NCBI GenBank assembly: GCA_002189035.1
Contig: NEEC01000018.1
Location: forward strand, 558,001-622,000
Direction of reading: 5' to 3'
Length of the DNA: 64,000 bases
Origin: Utricularia gibba
Taxonomy: Eukaryota > Plantae > Magnoliophyta
How positions within the stretch are numbered: the first letter of the stretch is position 1; every line of letters begins with the position of its first letter. Shown piece after piece: positions 63,076 through 64,000 of the stretch. A program made the position numbers and the translations under genes. Below the pieces are notes generated by a model, which was given only the letters and a program-made list of their open reading frames with translations, was not told where the DNA came from and searched no databases.

Positions 63076-64000
63076 CCTAATTCACAATTGTGCTCAACTT
63101 GTTGAAAGTAGGGATCTTGATAATAAATAGTCTTAACAATTCTTTCAACAATTCTTGCTCAACCTTTTATACATTAAGATGGAAGGATGCAGGGAAAGTG
63201 ACGGCTATCCAAAGATTGCAAGGTGATGGAAGGCTTGGGGTATTAGGTGATCCCTGCCTACATCAAGATCCACGCACTTAGCATTGCGATGTCACATGTG
63301 TTTGCCCTATGCTGTTTGCTTTGAATCACGTGTTTCAATGCTCTTCGACTTTTTACCTGTCCTCTTTTGCGTCTTCTCACCCAAACTCTTAGGAGCATTT
63401 CTGTCCTAAATTGGCAGGTGCTTTACTACTTATCCATCTCGTGGCAGCTTTTTCAAATGAATGCATTGCAATATTACCTTATTTTTAAGACAGTTTACGG
63501 ATGGCCCCTTTTATAGAATTCTTTTGTTTGGGTGGTGTTGGTATCCTTTTATAGAGGGTTCTAAACATCTTTCCATATGTTAGATACATTTGATATGAAA
63601 ATATAAAATTTGATATGAAGAGGATATTATCCATATTTTATTTTAGAGAAAATACTATCCATATATTAAAAATGATATTCTTTCATAGAAATCATTTATG
63701 CTTTATCTCATGGGCCATGGCTCTTCAAGGCCCCTATCAAAGTCTTCAAGGCCTCTTGGGTTTATTATAGATTTTAGGTGCTTTTCAGTCACCAAATATT
63801 GATGTCAAGCCCCTTCTTGGGCATTGTCATAGTTTTTGATAAACCTTTCTCTCCGGATTTATTCTGAGATCGCTCTAGGAATTTTATGTTTAAGTGTCCC
63901 CTTCATAGTCAATATCTTCAAAAACACTACGTACTCAGGTCTTTCATTCATAGGGAATGCCCAAGTCTTTTCATATCATTCCAAGCTTTATCGAGTCGGA

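Overview
AT-rich flowering-plant nuclear DNA, mostly nested and decayed transposons, with two host genes. (1) An IQ67-domain gene of the IQD16/17/18 type (+ strand, 4 exons, 5214-6773) appears intact but compacted. (2) An R2R3-MYB of subgroup 14 (RAX/Blind/MYB36 clade; - strand, 3 exons, 47917-48911) has a 1-bp frameshift in exon 1 as written. TE landscape: an old Copia (7517-16550, perfect GAGAG TSD, TA...CA LTRs) whose 3' LTR is split by a 4.25-kb hAT. That hAT carries an FCP1/NIF-phosphatase-like pseudogene and a 57-bp tandem array. A solo LTR sits in the Copia leader. A younger Ty3/gypsy Tat-type element (24244-32973, ~95% LTR identity by eye, Lys PBS, two RNase H domains, antisense 3' ORF) follows. 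Two Copia bodies apparently share one LTR (about 33380-45937) and are invaded by an LTR fragment, a two-gene PIF/Harbinger and a hAT MITE with perfect TIR/TSD. Athila-like remnants (about 53870-60582) and a Pong/Harbinger transposase ending in patchwork filler DNA (61762-63180) complete the window. No rRNA, tRNA gene or CRISPR array was seen. All alignments and translations were done by eye, so boundaries of degenerate elements are approximate. I see no clearly novel biological system. The best leads are the phosphatase-like cargo in the hAT, the MYB frameshift and the Tat antisense ORF.
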